A stretch of 56,337 nt of DNA, counting the filler, from Asterionella formosa (lineage: Eukaryota): assembly GCA_002256025.1 (NCBI GenBank). It is 4 parts of 4 records of this genome, joined end to end, with 100 filler letters (N's around TTAATTAATTAA, not from the genome) between each part and the next. Parts side by side here need not be neighbours in the genome. Positions count along the whole stretch, not along the records: positions 1 to 14,023 come from NKIB01006246.1; 3 more parts are not named here. One strand, given 5' to 3'. This document shows, piece after piece, positions 1 through 12,693 of the stretch (position 1 is its first letter; every line of letters begins with the position of its first letter). The notes beneath the pieces were generated by a model. That model worked only from the letters and a program-made list of their open reading frames with translations. It made no database searches and was not told the origin of the DNA. A program made the translations under genes and the position numbers.

Positions 1-59
1 TTTCTTTTAAAGCCCATTTGTACTCCCCTTTTTCTATAGGCAAGCATTCATTGTACTAC

Positions 60-287
60 CTGCTAAGAAAACCAGTTTTGCTAGTAGTGTAGGTGAGTCT
101 TCATGAATACTCTGACCACCTCCTAGGAAGGCAGCACAACCTGCATGTATGGGGGCCACCCACTATTTTTTGCACACCACCAGGCAAGACCATTTTGGGT
201 GCTGGTAAGGAGTGTGGGAGGAGTAGAACCCATCAATTACACAACCTCAGATCCAGGGCAATGTGCTAAAGCACCAAGCCATTCCCC
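60..287 (-). mobile_element. Candidate tRNA-derived SINE-like repeat, copy 1
   Basis: The minus strand begins ggggaatggcttggtgc (A-box-like) and later has gggttctactcc (B-box-like). The body at ~70-192 is an inverted homologue of 3927-4082 (shared ggtcttgcctggt, gccttcctagg, actcacctaca). Confidence 0.45.
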
Positions 288-1315
288 AACCGTAATAATG
301 ATTCTATAATAGATAATTTATTAACAAGAAGTAGAATCAATAATATGCTCTTATTTTTTCTTTAGACAAAAATATTTGGGAGTGTTGTACAAGATGCACA
401 CAAGGGGGTAAAAGAATATGAGTTAAGGGATACCAGGTTTAATGGTAGCTAGATGACTTAGCTAGCTGGTAGAGAGGCGACTGTTATTGCGGACGTTTTG
501 TTTGTTGACAATGGTGGGGTAGGCAAAAGGGGGGATGACAATGTTTGCTGGTTGTTATGTTGTGTTTATCGGTAGAGACATTTAATAGCAAATGGCAACA
601 AATATATTGTGAGGTATACTGAGGTCAAGGAGTTACTGTAAAACTCTTTTGGATGTTGCGATTCTGATGATTTAGCAAAGGAGTGAAGGTTTTGGAGTGG
701 CCGATATTCCTTCCTTGATGTCATGGTCAAAATGGAAGCAATCGATGTGGACAATGTTAAGAATGTACCGCCAGCTAGAAAGGGTAAAATATAAAACAAA
801 CAACACAAACAAGAGGAGCATGTCATAGAAATACTAAAGAATATGAAGTCCCATGATATAGAATAATAATTTCCATCAAAATAAATTCAAAAGTCGTCAA
901 TATTCTGCAATTGCTGTCTATTAATCACATTACATATACTTTAGTATGCTAGAACTACAAAACAATACACATTAAAGGTGGGGAAGGCAGATTGATCCTA
1001 TGCAGCATATAGGGTGTCAGTTGCCTAAACCCATCCATATTAAAATGAAGTAATTAAAAAAGGTTTTCCGGAGTTTAATCACCAATCTCCACATATCCAC
1101 AATTGTGAGCCTCCATGGATGCGAAAGCAAATCCTATGACCTGTTCTAATGCCTCTATGCTTTTAGATAGATACAGAGCCTATCAAACCATCAGTGTCAA
1201 TGAATAAAAAATCCCCATGTTTTGGTGCAACTTTGCTTGTTGACTCTAAATTACTTCTAATTGGGAAGGAACCTTTCCCAGAAAATGCATATCATGCAGA
1301 CTGTGCAGATAACCA

Positions 1316-2775
1316 TTAGTAGGATCTGGCAATTTGAAAGTGACAAAACTGACATCCACCTTGTGTTCCTGCACAAACATTTTGCTCCTTGTTAGCCAAA
1401 GCATTGTTGTGATACATCAACTGTTTCAACAGTTGATCTTCTGGAGACTGACCAAGAGGCACGGATTTACCTCCATATTCTGCCGGAATATTTTCGATGG
1501 GAATTCGCTCTAGCATTGCAGTGAATATTTCTTGCTGGCCCCGCAGAATGTAAATCTTCTTCAATGTGTCTTCATCAATCATAGGTTTGACCACACTCCA
1601 AATCACTGTGGAAACATGATGGAAGGTGAGTAAGAATGGGCATGATACAATGTATTGTCCCCGTTTGTTGTAACACAAGAAGTGCTTGCCACAATCTTTC
1701 CACACCAATGACTTGAATGGTGGAAATTTACCAAAAACTTCATGACCAAACCCCCGTGCATCAGCAGTGATATCAGTAGACCGCAGTACTGCACTTACTT
1801 TTAAACCAGCTGGGGACATTTATAACAAAGATACATCCACTTCGTTCTGGATAGTGCGCTCCAGTAAACGCACTTGCCTTTCTTACGAAATCGATCACTT
1901 CTCCGGCAAAGTCAGTAAGCTTAATTCCCTTCAAATCAATAATGTAGACAGATTTTCCAGAATCACTTCGATCGAGCCACTGCCATCCGAATTCAGTGAC
2001 CAATGTATAGTACCGCAACATGGTATCAATGCCAGCCCCGTTTGCTTTTAGATGCTTCAGATTTGTTTTGGGGGGCTTTTCATAATACACTGATTCGCCC
2101 TGAAGGCCTTTTAAATGGCAATGGAGTGGATAGTTGGCTTGAATCAAGTCGAAGTTGGGAAATGATTCTTTGAGAAGCTGTCCGACCGCATTGGATGTGA
2201 GCAAACTATGGTGTCAAAGAATGTAACAAGCGAGGCAAATTGAAACTCACATAATCGATTCTTTCTTCTCGACGCCATTTCAAGGTAGCTTGGTATCGCC
2301 GCATGCCTTCCACCGAGTCCATCTTCCCAGCCCGAAGGAAGCGATCAGGAAGTTCGGTTGGGGGAGGCGGGGGACCCCCGAATTCTCTCCTTGTATTACT
2401 AGAAGTGGGCGGTGGTCCAGGAGGCGGCGGTGGCTGTTGGTGCTTGGGCGATATGCTGACAGCAGCAGTGTCCACTTCTAAATCAGTGAGACTTCTCGAG
2501 GATTGAAATTCCATAGATTTACCGTGCATCAAGCCTCCTCCTCGGAACGTCAACGGCGCCCTTCCAACGTCATACTGAAATTGATCGGACGCCTCATCTT
2601 CTGCGTACTCGAGGCAGTCGTAAAATGTATCTGTATGCTCATTGAATAGGCCTTGTCTTAACATAACGTCACCCTTTCCCTCGTTGTCGTCAAAGGCAAG
2701 GGCGTCTAGAATCGATTTCGCGGCACACGGATCGTGTGGGCAGGGTTGCCTACCTACAAAATAGAACAAGCTCAT
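1316..2775 (-). CDS. CRAL-TRIO (Sec14-like) lipid-binding domain protein, 3 exons (2775-2251, 2177-1799, 1605-1316)
   Basis: Motifs RFLRA..A..RY..TL.WR, IIDLKG, HYPER...IFVINVPSWF..IWSVVKP and IP.EYGG. GT-AG introns at 2250-2178 and 1798-1606 join the ORFs in frame. Confidence 0.9.
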
Positions 2776-3924
2776 GATGAGTTGCTTGCTTCGTTTAGAC
2801 TGTGTTATCCTATGAGAGGTGTGATATCGATTGTCGAGAACAAATGACTGATCGGAACAAGCAACGACTGAGGATGGTGAAGTGTTCTCACGACCTTTTG
2901 CTTTCCAAGTTGATGAGAAATACCGGTACTTGTCTTCGTTTTATGTAGTACCGGTAGTATGGTACCTGGTACCGGTAGTATGGTACCTGGTACTGTAAAC
3001 TGGTACTGGTACTGTATTGCCTGTACGTTGGAAAAGTGGTACCAGGTACCTGTTGTCAGCGATTATTAGTGCGTATAGGTAACCTTATTCAAATCATTTC
3101 AAATATACATACTGGTACAAGGTACCGGGTACAGCATACTTAACAATCATATACTCGGAGTGGTACCTGGTACCAGGTACCTTGTAGGAGTTGCGGTAAA
3201 AGACGGTTTTTGTTAATTACGACAAAAAGATGGCTAAATTTCTCGTTCATCGCAACTTTCTCTCTCACAATTTACCGGAGTTCCCTACCTGGTTCCCTGG
3301 TACCAGCAAGTTGCGGTCATTTTGCTGAAATTGATGACATGACATAGGACAGGAGTTTGAGTCCATAGAAAACATCATCAATTCACTCTTCAAAATTGTC
3401 AGTATGATCACCACTTAGTGATGTAGGTTTGATGCTAATTTTATTCTTCAAAACAGGGAAACGTCAAGAGAACACAGCAATGACCAGGGCAATAGAGGGG
3501 TGGCCCAAAGCAAAACTAAGCGTCNNNNNNNNNNNNNNNNNNNNNNNNNNNNNNNNNNNNNNNNNNNNNNNNNNNNNNNNNNNNNNNNNNNNNNNNNNNN
3601 NNNNNNNNNNNNNNNNNNNNNNNNNNNNNNNNNNNNNNNNNNNNNNNNNNNNNNNNNNNNNNNNNNNNNNNNNNNNNNNNNNNNNNNNNNNNNNNNNNNN
3701 NNNNNNNNNNNNNNNNNNNNNNNNNNNNNNNNNNNNNNNNNNNNNNNNNNNNNNNNNNNNNNNNNNNNNNNNNNNNNNNNNNNNNNNNNNNNNNNNNNNN
3801 NNNNNNNNNNNNNNNNNNNNNNNNNNNNNNNNNNNNNNNNNNNNNNNNNNNNNNNNNNNNNNNNNNNNNNNNNNNNNNNNNNNNNNNNNNNNNNNNNNNN
3901 NNNNNNNNNNNNNNNNNNNNNNNN

Positions 3925-4085
3925 ACGGTCTTGCCTGGTGTGCAAGGAAAAGTGGGTTGCCCCCCCCCCTACAAGCAGTGTACCGCCTTCCTAGGCCGTC
4001 ACACTTTCGCCTAATGCTATGGCGACAACAATCACCTTTCATGAAAGAGGGTTGGGGACTCACCTACATTAACAAAACTAGAGAA
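3925..4085 (+). repeat. Second, inverted copy of the repeat at 60-287 (5' part lost in the gap)
   Basis: ggtcttgcctggtgtgcaagg...gccttcctagg...actcacctaca aligns by eye with the reverse complement of 70-192. Confidence 0.7.
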
Positions 4086-4239
4086 GCACATGGACTGGTT
4101 GGCAGCAGGCTGTGCTATGAAATTCCATATGTAACTCCATGGTCTTAGAAAGCGTGTTATAAGTGAGTTTCAATTTTAATTTATGCAATTGTTACCATCA
4201 CACTACAACATTCAGCACTCACTCAATCAATTGAAATGC

Positions 4240-4660
4240 ATTAGGTGATGGACGAGCAGACACAATACCATGTTCTCGTGCAAACAACCTAATATCGGAA
4301 TCTATAGGTGATAAAGGGTACACAATATCATGACGTTCTCGTACAAACAAGGTGACAGTGGCATCTAGAGATGATGGAGGGTATAAGAACATGGCTGTTC
4401 TCATTCAAAAAAGTGACATTGGTATCTATAGGTGATGGAGGTTACGCAATAACACGTTCTCGTACAAGCTAGGTAACATTGGTATCTATAAATGATGGAG
4501 GGTAGGCAATAAAATGTTCTCATACAAACAAGGTGACATTGGTATCTATGTGTGATGGAGGGTATGCAATAAAACATTCTCATACAAACAAGGTGACATT
4601 AGTCTAATTAGTATCCATAGGTGATGGAGGGTACACAATAACACGTTCACGTAGAAACAG
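4240..4660. repeat. Tandem repeat, ~60-bp unit, about 7 degenerate copies
   Basis: Unit approximates acaaacaaggtgacattggtatctataggtgatggagggtacacaataacacgttctcgt and recurs once per 60-nt line. Confidence 0.9.
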
Positions 4661-6989
4661 CCCACCATTAGTACCTTTATTTACTGGCAATCATCCATCA
4701 TTTTCAAGGACCAGAATGTATTACCAGTGTCTCTGAAGTCTTACGGGTTTATCCTACTATTCGTTCGATATATGCATGTTGATCATATGATAATGATATC
4801 ATTAATATAAAAATGAATGATCAAATTTTGTTTTAAGTAGTAGGCTAAATGAATTTTAAAAAAGTAAGATCAAAAAATCTAAATATTGTTATCCATGATC
4901 TAATTTTATTAGCAATCATTTCTGACCAAAAAGTATGATCTGTAATTCATGAAGTTTGATTCATATATCCTCCATGTTTGCATGATCAAAGCATATTTAT
5001 CATATGATAAACGGTGTCAATGATATCAGAAGTGAATCATCTAAGAATTATTATATGATTTGTACCCAAGGAAAAATGATCTATGACTTCTGCTAATTGA
5101 GGGGCTTCATTAAATCACTGACTTGTAGGTATAAGAATTATACGGAAAACATTCAAAAACAGTACATCAGGTTGTGGAAAATAATTATGTCCTCATACAT
5201 TGTATATATCTGAATTATTTATAAGCTTTACTGATGATAGAATACACATGATGTGCAATACAAAGTGTGTCTTTGAACTATGAAAGTGTTCAACTGCTTT
5301 ATATATATTCACATATTACAAATTTTTATAAATGTAGTACTCTACACGGCTAATACATTTGAAATCATTTTTAAAGGTTCCTTTTCATGATGCATAGTAC
5401 TGGTACATATCCTGGAATGAAAGATCACATCAGCCACATCCAAAGAAAAACTGAATTGACGATACAAAACTTTGCGGCTTGTTAGAAGGATTGAAAATGG
5501 CGAAGTGAATAGAATCTATCTATGGTTCGTCAAGGGCACATGCCAAGATGATCAATTTTGGGGGTCGCAAAGACTAAATGATTGATTCCTTGTCAAACGA
5601 TTCAATAGCGCATTTTCATTCGGTGGGAAACTACCGATGTCGATAAAAGAAAATTGGTAAGTGCTCTCGTTGGATCAATGAGCAACTGTTAGAACATAAC
5701 TGAATCATTAGTGGCTTTTATCTTTCAGGATATCTTTAATCAAACAGTACTTGATGTAAGATATAAATTACATCGGTGGAACGATTTATTGATGTGTACT
5801 TATTCGATAATGGTCTTACTTATTGTTATTCAGAAATGTTAGAAAATAAATCAATATTTGGTAAGTCAATCCAGAATGGGAAGAATTTACTGTAGTGTAA
5901 ACAAGCAAACCATAAATAAGAAATCCTTTTCGTAACGAGAAGTGCTACATGTGCATAATAGCAACGACCCGATATAACTATTATAAACTACCAGTATGTA
6001 TGTAAAGTACGTAGCCATGTTGTGTATACATATATACTAGCTACTATATGACGTTTTCTATTAAGTCTTTTTGAGTGCCTGTCCTGATTCACGCTATCCA
6101 TTTTAGCAAATTACGACTGTAACTTGCTATATCAAGTTCCATGTACGACTTCGTACCGGCAATACTGATTTCAATTCCAAATTAATACATGTGTCTCTTC
6201 TTGATATCCATTTAATACACCAACCCGACCGGCTTGTTGTTGTTCCTATATATATTTAGCTTTAATCTAATTTAGATTTGCCTAAATTAATTTTGCTCAA
6301 AGCATAGTCGATTTGATTAAATCTAACATGGTCCCTAAAGACTTTAACCCAAAATTACAATTCGTCCAAACCTTTTTTGTCCCTAATTATCTGAATTTAT
6401 CGGGGAATTTTGTCCAGTCGTGTTTATATGGCCTGCGGGAGCAAGCCGTTAGAAGTTTCATGTTTTGATTTCTTAACGGTTGCCGAGTCGGGGAATATCT
6501 TTCGGTTTTGGGAATGAGTTCACGAACGCGCAAAATTACCAAAACATGCTGGTAAGGAATAATGGACCTCCTGCATGCAGCATGCAAGTTATTATTTTTT
6601 TGCTTACATCACGATCTAGCCATACAGTAATAGTTACCCGCCACTGCCAGTCCACTATTCGGAACAACATGATTGCCCAACGTGCGTACAGTATACATTA
6701 AAAAATGGTTCTCTACTTGCAGCAGTATTACCAGTACTCCTACTATGATGCCTCGGAGGACTCTGCACCATGTACTAAACACTGTATTGGAACGTACCCT
6801 GAATACAGTATTATCACATACAGGTCCTGTTAGTTCAGAATTGTAACCGTATTGCTGGAATCATGCTCAGAGTACACATAGTACTATCCATCGTTGCCCT
6901 AGTATGATACATAATTAGCATCGAGAATACTGTATGGATATACTTATACATACATGAATTTAGACAATGTTGACATCCATCAATCACTA

Positions 6990-7400
6990 TTCATTAAAAA
7001 CATGTTTCTTTCGAGTCTCATACTTGATTCCATCTGTAATCATACAAATTGAGATCTTTCTCAAACCGAAGGCAAGAAAAACTGTTCGTTTGTGCAGTTG
7101 GTTTCAATGTCCTCCTCTGCTCAACAACTCCTAGCCTTGCTGGCAAATCATCAGAGTTATCTCAATAATCAGGAATCATGTCTATACCCAAATTCGAAAC
7201 CAATATTGGAACCATATGTTGCTTCATGAACATATTCATACATTTTTCCACAGAAAAGTCATTGAAATTGGCCATCCCAAATTTCTTGAATGCATTCATG
7301 CATGGCAAATGGATTTGATGGGAAGAATTGAGGAATCTTATCGATTTTGATTGGCAACTTACAGAAAAAAATTAAATACCAGCCGCTGACATCACCTTCC
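6990..7400 (-). pseudogene. Decayed DNA transposase-like fragment (family uncertain, possibly Tc1/IS630-related)
   Basis: Frameshift-corrected reading: KIPQFFPSNPFAMNAFKKFGMANFNDFSVEKMYEYVHE..MVPIL...FGLRKISI...KYETRKK. It resembles the N-terminal part of repetitive diatom transposase-like proteins; no catalytic residues are seen. Confidence 0.35.
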
Positions 7401-7650
7401 AAGTGTACTCACATTACTAGATTAAGCTTCTATTCCAAGATCATTCATTGCTCCATTTGAATTTTGGAGGCAGCACTGCCAGGGCCATCCTCTATTTCCC
7501 CATTTTCCTTCTGATCAAATTGCCTCAAAACACAGGTTGAATATAAGCCCTCTGTCTCAGCATGAAGATTTCGATTTTGAGCAATTTTTATCAGCATCTC
7601 CCCCTTCATTCAATAATTTCCAATGGTTGGGATGTTTACTTATTGATTAG

Positions 7651-7750
7651 AAAAGCTCAATTATGTAAATAACAATTCCTATGACATTGGCTTCATCGCC
7701 AAAAGCTCAATTATGTAAATAACAGCTCCTATGACATTGGCTTCATCGCC
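7651..7750. repeat. Tandem duplication of 50 bp
   Basis: aaaagctcaattatgtaaataaca(at/gc)tcctatgacattggcttcatcgcc occurs twice. Confidence 0.95.
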
Positions 7751-8639
7751 ATCATACTTTGCTTTGGGAGCAAATAGTCTCCTGCTGGACTCACCTGAAT
7801 TCCAATAATTTATGTTTGGATGAATGCTGAGCCTGCTCTTCCCCTAAATTTTCCGAATTTGTTGATTCTGATTGAGTTTTTTGAGACTTCAATTGAGGGA
7901 GCATCAGCTTCAGTTGAGTGCATCAGGTTGGCTCTTTTGTTGACTGATCCAACTTCAACATATTCTTTTACCTCTTTATTTCGAATTTGCCTTGACCCCC
8001 CTAGTTAATAGTCGCTTTGTGACGCTATTATTTAAAAAAACTACGCAACTGTTCTTGGGAATCAAAAGGAACAGCAGGAGTACCAGTATCAGAAAAAACA
8101 CAGGTTATAATGGATGCTGTTCTTGACTTCACAGTTGTTTCTGTAGAAGTCCATCACTCTGCTGATTGGAGAGGTGATTCTATTGCGATCACATGACATT
8201 GAAGGGTAGTAGCACTTGTTCATGTATGTCATCAGGGTTCACAAAGTTACTAGCATGTCCCTTCCAATGTTTTTTTGGTTTATGTATTGAATGAGGAGGT
8301 TGATTGGAATTTAGCGCCCACATAATGATGACTCGCTCTGCCATCACCAACAAAAAAATATCACAACAACTGAAAGTTTGCTGTTTTATGTTTTGCGGTT
8401 TGGTTTCCAATTGGCACTATGATTGCGGTCCTAATGCTATGTCGCAAATCACAAGGCACTGAAGGGAAGCAAAGCAAGCGAAACAACCAAATGCAATCAA
8501 CATGGTGAGCGATGTTGTCACAACCAGAGATTTGTCGCTTGTAAAAAAATATTCAGCTATATTTTTAGAAGTAATGGTTTGTACCAGGCCTACGAAGCTA
8601 CTCTATGTTCTTCGATCATGCACCCAGCTATTAAGATAC

Positions 8640-9020
8640 TACCAGTGGTACCATGGTACCTGAGGTAGCTTTCATACTTACTAGCTGGTATATAAATACT
8701 TAGCTGAGGAGATAATGCGATTCGTTTATATAGTATATTAAAGACTAGAGCGTAGTCGTTGTGATCAGCTGGAGAATCCTTCATCGTGTCATCTCAGCCT
8801 CGAAAATAGCGAATATCTCCACGAAAATTAAGAACGACGTTTTCCTATTCTGTACATATATTAAGCACAAGACAGACAATACAAATCATCAAAGAATGAT
8901 TTTAATTGTACTAATTTTGACATCGAAAATTGAACTCATTGACGACGCCATTTTTCATGAAATTTAGAGGCTCACAATTCAAAACAATGGTCAAACAGAT
9001 TTGACACTTTCACAGTAGCT
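8640..9020 (+). repeat. Dispersed repeat family A, copy 1
   Basis: Shares ggtacctgaggtagc, ctggagaatcct, aaaatagcgaat, cacaattcaaa and acactttcacagta in the same order with 45444-45956 and 50415-50942. Confidence 0.8.
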
Positions 9021-9069
9021 GCACTATAAATATTATATCGACTAAGACAATACAATGAATAATTGCGGC

Positions 9070-10185
9070 AAAAGATGATACTTACATTTATGTGGAGCTT
9101 CCTTATCCTGATGCAACAAAGGTTGCAGCTTCTCTTTACATTGGAGGACCATGTAAGTATGTCCTTGTTGAGAATTGCGGACTCTTGGATGAGTGGCTTC
9201 TTGAATATGTTGTTCCAAATATTTCCCTACAGTATCCATGTGCTGTAGCATTGACATTGGCCCGCCCACTTTTGTGGGCTTCTTTTGAGTCAACCCTACA
9301 AGAGTACCTACCACCTGCACTGATGCGCCGAATTCGGTCGGCATACACATTTGTTCTCGCCATCTACCACCACAAGGCAAAAATCCTGTCGAGAAACGGT
9401 TGGTTGTTGTCACTGGTTCAGAGGCGGAGCTGTATATTGATGAAATTGACGCTGAATTTATGCACACAGTTGGAGGACAGGAGGATGGAAGTGGTTGTGT
9501 TGTGGCGCAAGTACTAGGACTCAGCCACAGGTGCAAGAGGGACAGAAATTCGCCGAGTTAGTCAGCAGAGGAACGAATTCCTTGGGCTGCTCAGTCAACA
9601 GAAGGAAACGCAAAGGAATGTGAAGCAGTTGCAGGCACAAGTCAAATTGATGTCCAAGGATATCCGCAAGCTTAGCGTGGCTTTTAACAGATTCTCAAGG
9701 ATGCCTGGGCAAAGTTTAGAGGCTCCAGTGTTCCTCCAGTTGCGGTGGTTCCATTGGCTGTGACAGCACCAACTACAATTGGAATTGATGCAGATGTAGA
9801 GGGAAAAATCAACAACGAACAAGCCGGTGACAATTTGCTAGCTGACTTTGGCTCTTTTATGGTTCCAGCCTATAACAGTGGTCTCAGCAAGACTCCAAAG
9901 TCAGCACTGTTTGTTCGATGGCAGGAGTTTGAAGTCGGAATTGCAGGGAGAAAGGCAGCCAGGCTATTTACAAGGATTGAGAGGGGGAGGAATAAATTTA
10001 TTTATTATTGGTGCAAGGTTGTATGGGATTCAGTTGCAGAGCAGATTAGATGTGGTTACAGTGCTCAGACAGCAATTGACAGAATCTATGAGGTGTATGG
10101 TCAAGAACTTTCAGTGACCCAAATAATCAACAAAATGCTTATTGATCGATGCACAGGTGGAAATCCACAACTACATATTTGGTAG
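9070..10185 (+). mobile_element. Crypton-like (tyrosine-recombinase transposon) remnant: 3' part with GCR1_C-like domain, frameshifted
   Basis: ELPYPDA.KVAA.L..GGPCKY, then a coiled coil, then W.EFE.GI.GRKAARLFT..ERG.NKF.Y...KVVWD.......GYSAQTAIDRIYEVYG...SVT.II, which looks like GCR1_C. GCR1_C is typical of stramenopile and fungal Cryptons. The recombinase catalytic core is missing. Confidence 0.6.
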
Positions 10186-10926
10186 TTAATTACTACCACA
10201 TTAAGTAGCATACATGTTATTACATTCTCATTGTTTCCATTAATGTTATACATTTGATTTCATTTACCCACATGTTAATATGTATTGTACATGCAGTTAA
10301 TAATCACTGTACACATATGTATATTGCATTGCACGACGAAGTAGCTAGACTACCGGTACCCTGGTACCTGATGGTCTTACTGATGATGTGCAAACGTTCA
10401 TGATCAGGTGCTAGCTTTGTACACGGTGCTAGTAAATTACTAGTGCACTAGCTTCCACTACGGGTAGCATTCTCTGTCGAATAAAAAGTGTATACCAGGT
10501 ACCTATATACCGCGTAGTATAAACATGACAGGCTCCGATTTTCAGTGGCTCGCAGTGCGTCCCCCCTACTATGTACAAATCAGTGTGCATGTTTGCGCTT
10601 GTTCATTATTGAGATCACTTCGCAAGCAGGTAAGGAAATTGAATTGCTAGCCATGGTTTTTGATGAACTCGAAAGCCTCTTGTGCTTTTACTCAACAGAC
10701 ATATCCATGTCTAAGTAAGCTTAAGAAATAGCGCTTTATTATGAACTGCATTCATGTCTTCGCCACTCAAAGGAAACAAGCGAGGCGTTCAAGAGTCGAT
10801 TGGTTCTTGACCTCCAAAATAAATTAGTAAGCGGTAAACTAACCAATTTTTTCAATCCACAGAGATTTTCTCGTCCCGTCATTACTTGGAAGTGTTATTC
10901 CTTTAAGAACTATCCACTAAACAAAC

Positions 10927-11619
10927 ATGGCATCTAAGCTCAACTCGGCCCTGTTGGACAAGGCCCTTACCGATGTCATCGCATTTTCGGAGGGAAACAC
11001 CATCACCCGCGGCACCGAGGAACTCAAGGGAAAGAAACGCAATTTCTTGGAGACCGTTGAAGTTCAGATCACCTTGAAGAACTACGACCCCGTCCGCGAC
11101 AAGCGTTTTTCTGGTACGTTCCGTCTCCCAACGGTTCCCCGTCCCAACCTCAAGTGCTGCATGCTTGGAAATGCTGCCCATTGTGAACAGGCTGATCGTA
11201 TCGGCATTGACCAGATGTCTGTTGAAGATTTGAAGAAGCTCAACAAAAACAAAAAGATGGTCAAGAAGCTTGCCAAAAAGTACGATTTTTTCCTAGCTTC
11301 CGATAACATGATCAAGCAGATTCCTCGTTTGCTCGGACCCGGTCTTACCAAGGCCGGAAAGTTCCCCACCCTTCTTGCCGCCGGAGATGACATGCAGGAG
11401 AAGATTGACGAGATCAAGTCGACCATCAAATTCCAGATGAAGAAGGTCATGTGCTTGAATGTTGCCATCGGAAATGTAACAATGGAAAAGAAGAAGCTTA
11501 TCGACAACACCCAGCTTTCTGCCAACTTTTTGGCTTCACTTCTCAAGAAGCAGTGGCAGAACATTGGACAGATTTACATCAAGTCCACCATGGGTCCATC
11601 CATTCAGATTTACTTCTAA
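10927..11619 (+). CDS. RPL10A: 60S ribosomal protein L10a (uL1)
   Basis: [56 protein letters not shown] and NFL.SLLKK.WQNI...YIKSTMG. Confidence 0.99.
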   Translation: MASKLNSALLDKALTDVIAFSEGNTITRGTEELKGKKRNFLETVEVQITLKNYDPVRDKRFSGTFRLPTVPRPNLKCCMLGNAAHCEQADRIGIDQMSVEDLKKLNKNKKMVKKLAKKYDFFLASDNMIKQIPRLLGPGLTKAGKFPTLLAAGDDMQEKIDEIKSTIKFQMKKVMCLNVAIGNVTMEKKKLIDNTQLSANFLASLLKKQWQNIGQIYIKSTMGPSIQIYF

Positions 11620-12693
11620 GCTATCTCGTTACAAATGCTTTAGCATTCTTTCCCAGCCTTTGAATTTCCAATAATTAGGGGTCTTGACTTTTTGTTATAA
11701 TCCAAGTTTTCATCTATCTTTTTCGANNNNNNNNNNNNNNNNNNNNNNNNNNNNNNNNNNNNNNNNNNNNNNNNNNNNNNNNNNNNNNNNNNNNNNNNNN
11801 NNNNNNNNNNNNNNNNNNNNNNNNNNNNNNNNNNNNNNNNNNNNNNNNNNNNNNNNNNNNNNNNNNNNNNNNNNNNNNNNNNNNNNNNNNNNNNNNNNNN
11901 NNNNNNNNNNNNNNNNNNNNNNNNNNNNNNNNNNNNNNNNNNNNNNNNNNNNNNNNNNNNNNNNNNNNNNNNNNNNNNNNNNNNNNNNNNNNNNNNNNNN
12001 NNNNNNNNNNNNNNNNNNNNNNNNNNNNNNNNNNNNNNNNNNNNNNNNNNNNNNNNNNNNNNNNNNNNNNNNNNNNNNNNNNNNNNNNNNNNNNNNNNNN
12101 NNNNNNNNNNNNNNNTTGAAGCGGAATATTGTTGCAAAGAAATCATTACATCCAAGTCGAAGGTTAAATAGGACGAGAATGCGTTTTTTAATAGGTATCA
12201 TTCAAGTGTAGTAAAATGATTGTATACAATAACAAATCACTATTTTGTATCTACGACATGAACTGGCTTGGCTGGCCTCGACAAGAAAGCCGACTGATTT
12301 GGGTCCATATTGGGATGGTCTTGAATATCGATAATTTCGTCCATAAGGGATTCTCGGTGTTCCGTCTCATGTGCCTCCAGTTGGAAACCAAATGCCAAAC
12401 ATTCCTGTACCAACATGCATATTTCCAACATTTTAGCTCGAGCAATCTACTATGTGGGCTGTGGTTTTGCTGCATTCCTTCAATATGCCAAGTTTGCCAA
12501 AATATAGCAGATCTCATTAGAAAAACTGTTGCAAGACAACGAGTTAAAGTATCACTACAATCGTAATGCAGAGTAAGCTGGAATATTTATTAGTCTACAG
12601 GTTATGACAAATCAGAAAGATTCAAGGCAATCCATAAAAGTACAAGTTCTCGCAGTCCAATGGCAAAATGAAAACTTCCTAACATAGAGTAAC

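Noticed and set aside
3429..4148. Long ORFs spanning N runs (also 11640-12211)
   Set aside because: They are open only because Ns translate as X.
4240..4660. CRISPR-like appearance of the tandem arrays (also 40925-41395 and 42351-42465)
   Set aside because: Whole units repeat with no unique spacers, there are no cas genes, and the context is eukaryotic.
5400..5880. Exon/intron-like fragments (also 12216-12566, 41688-42231 and 51864-52380)
   Set aside because: Short, stop-riddled frames with no recognisable motif, so no call can be supported.
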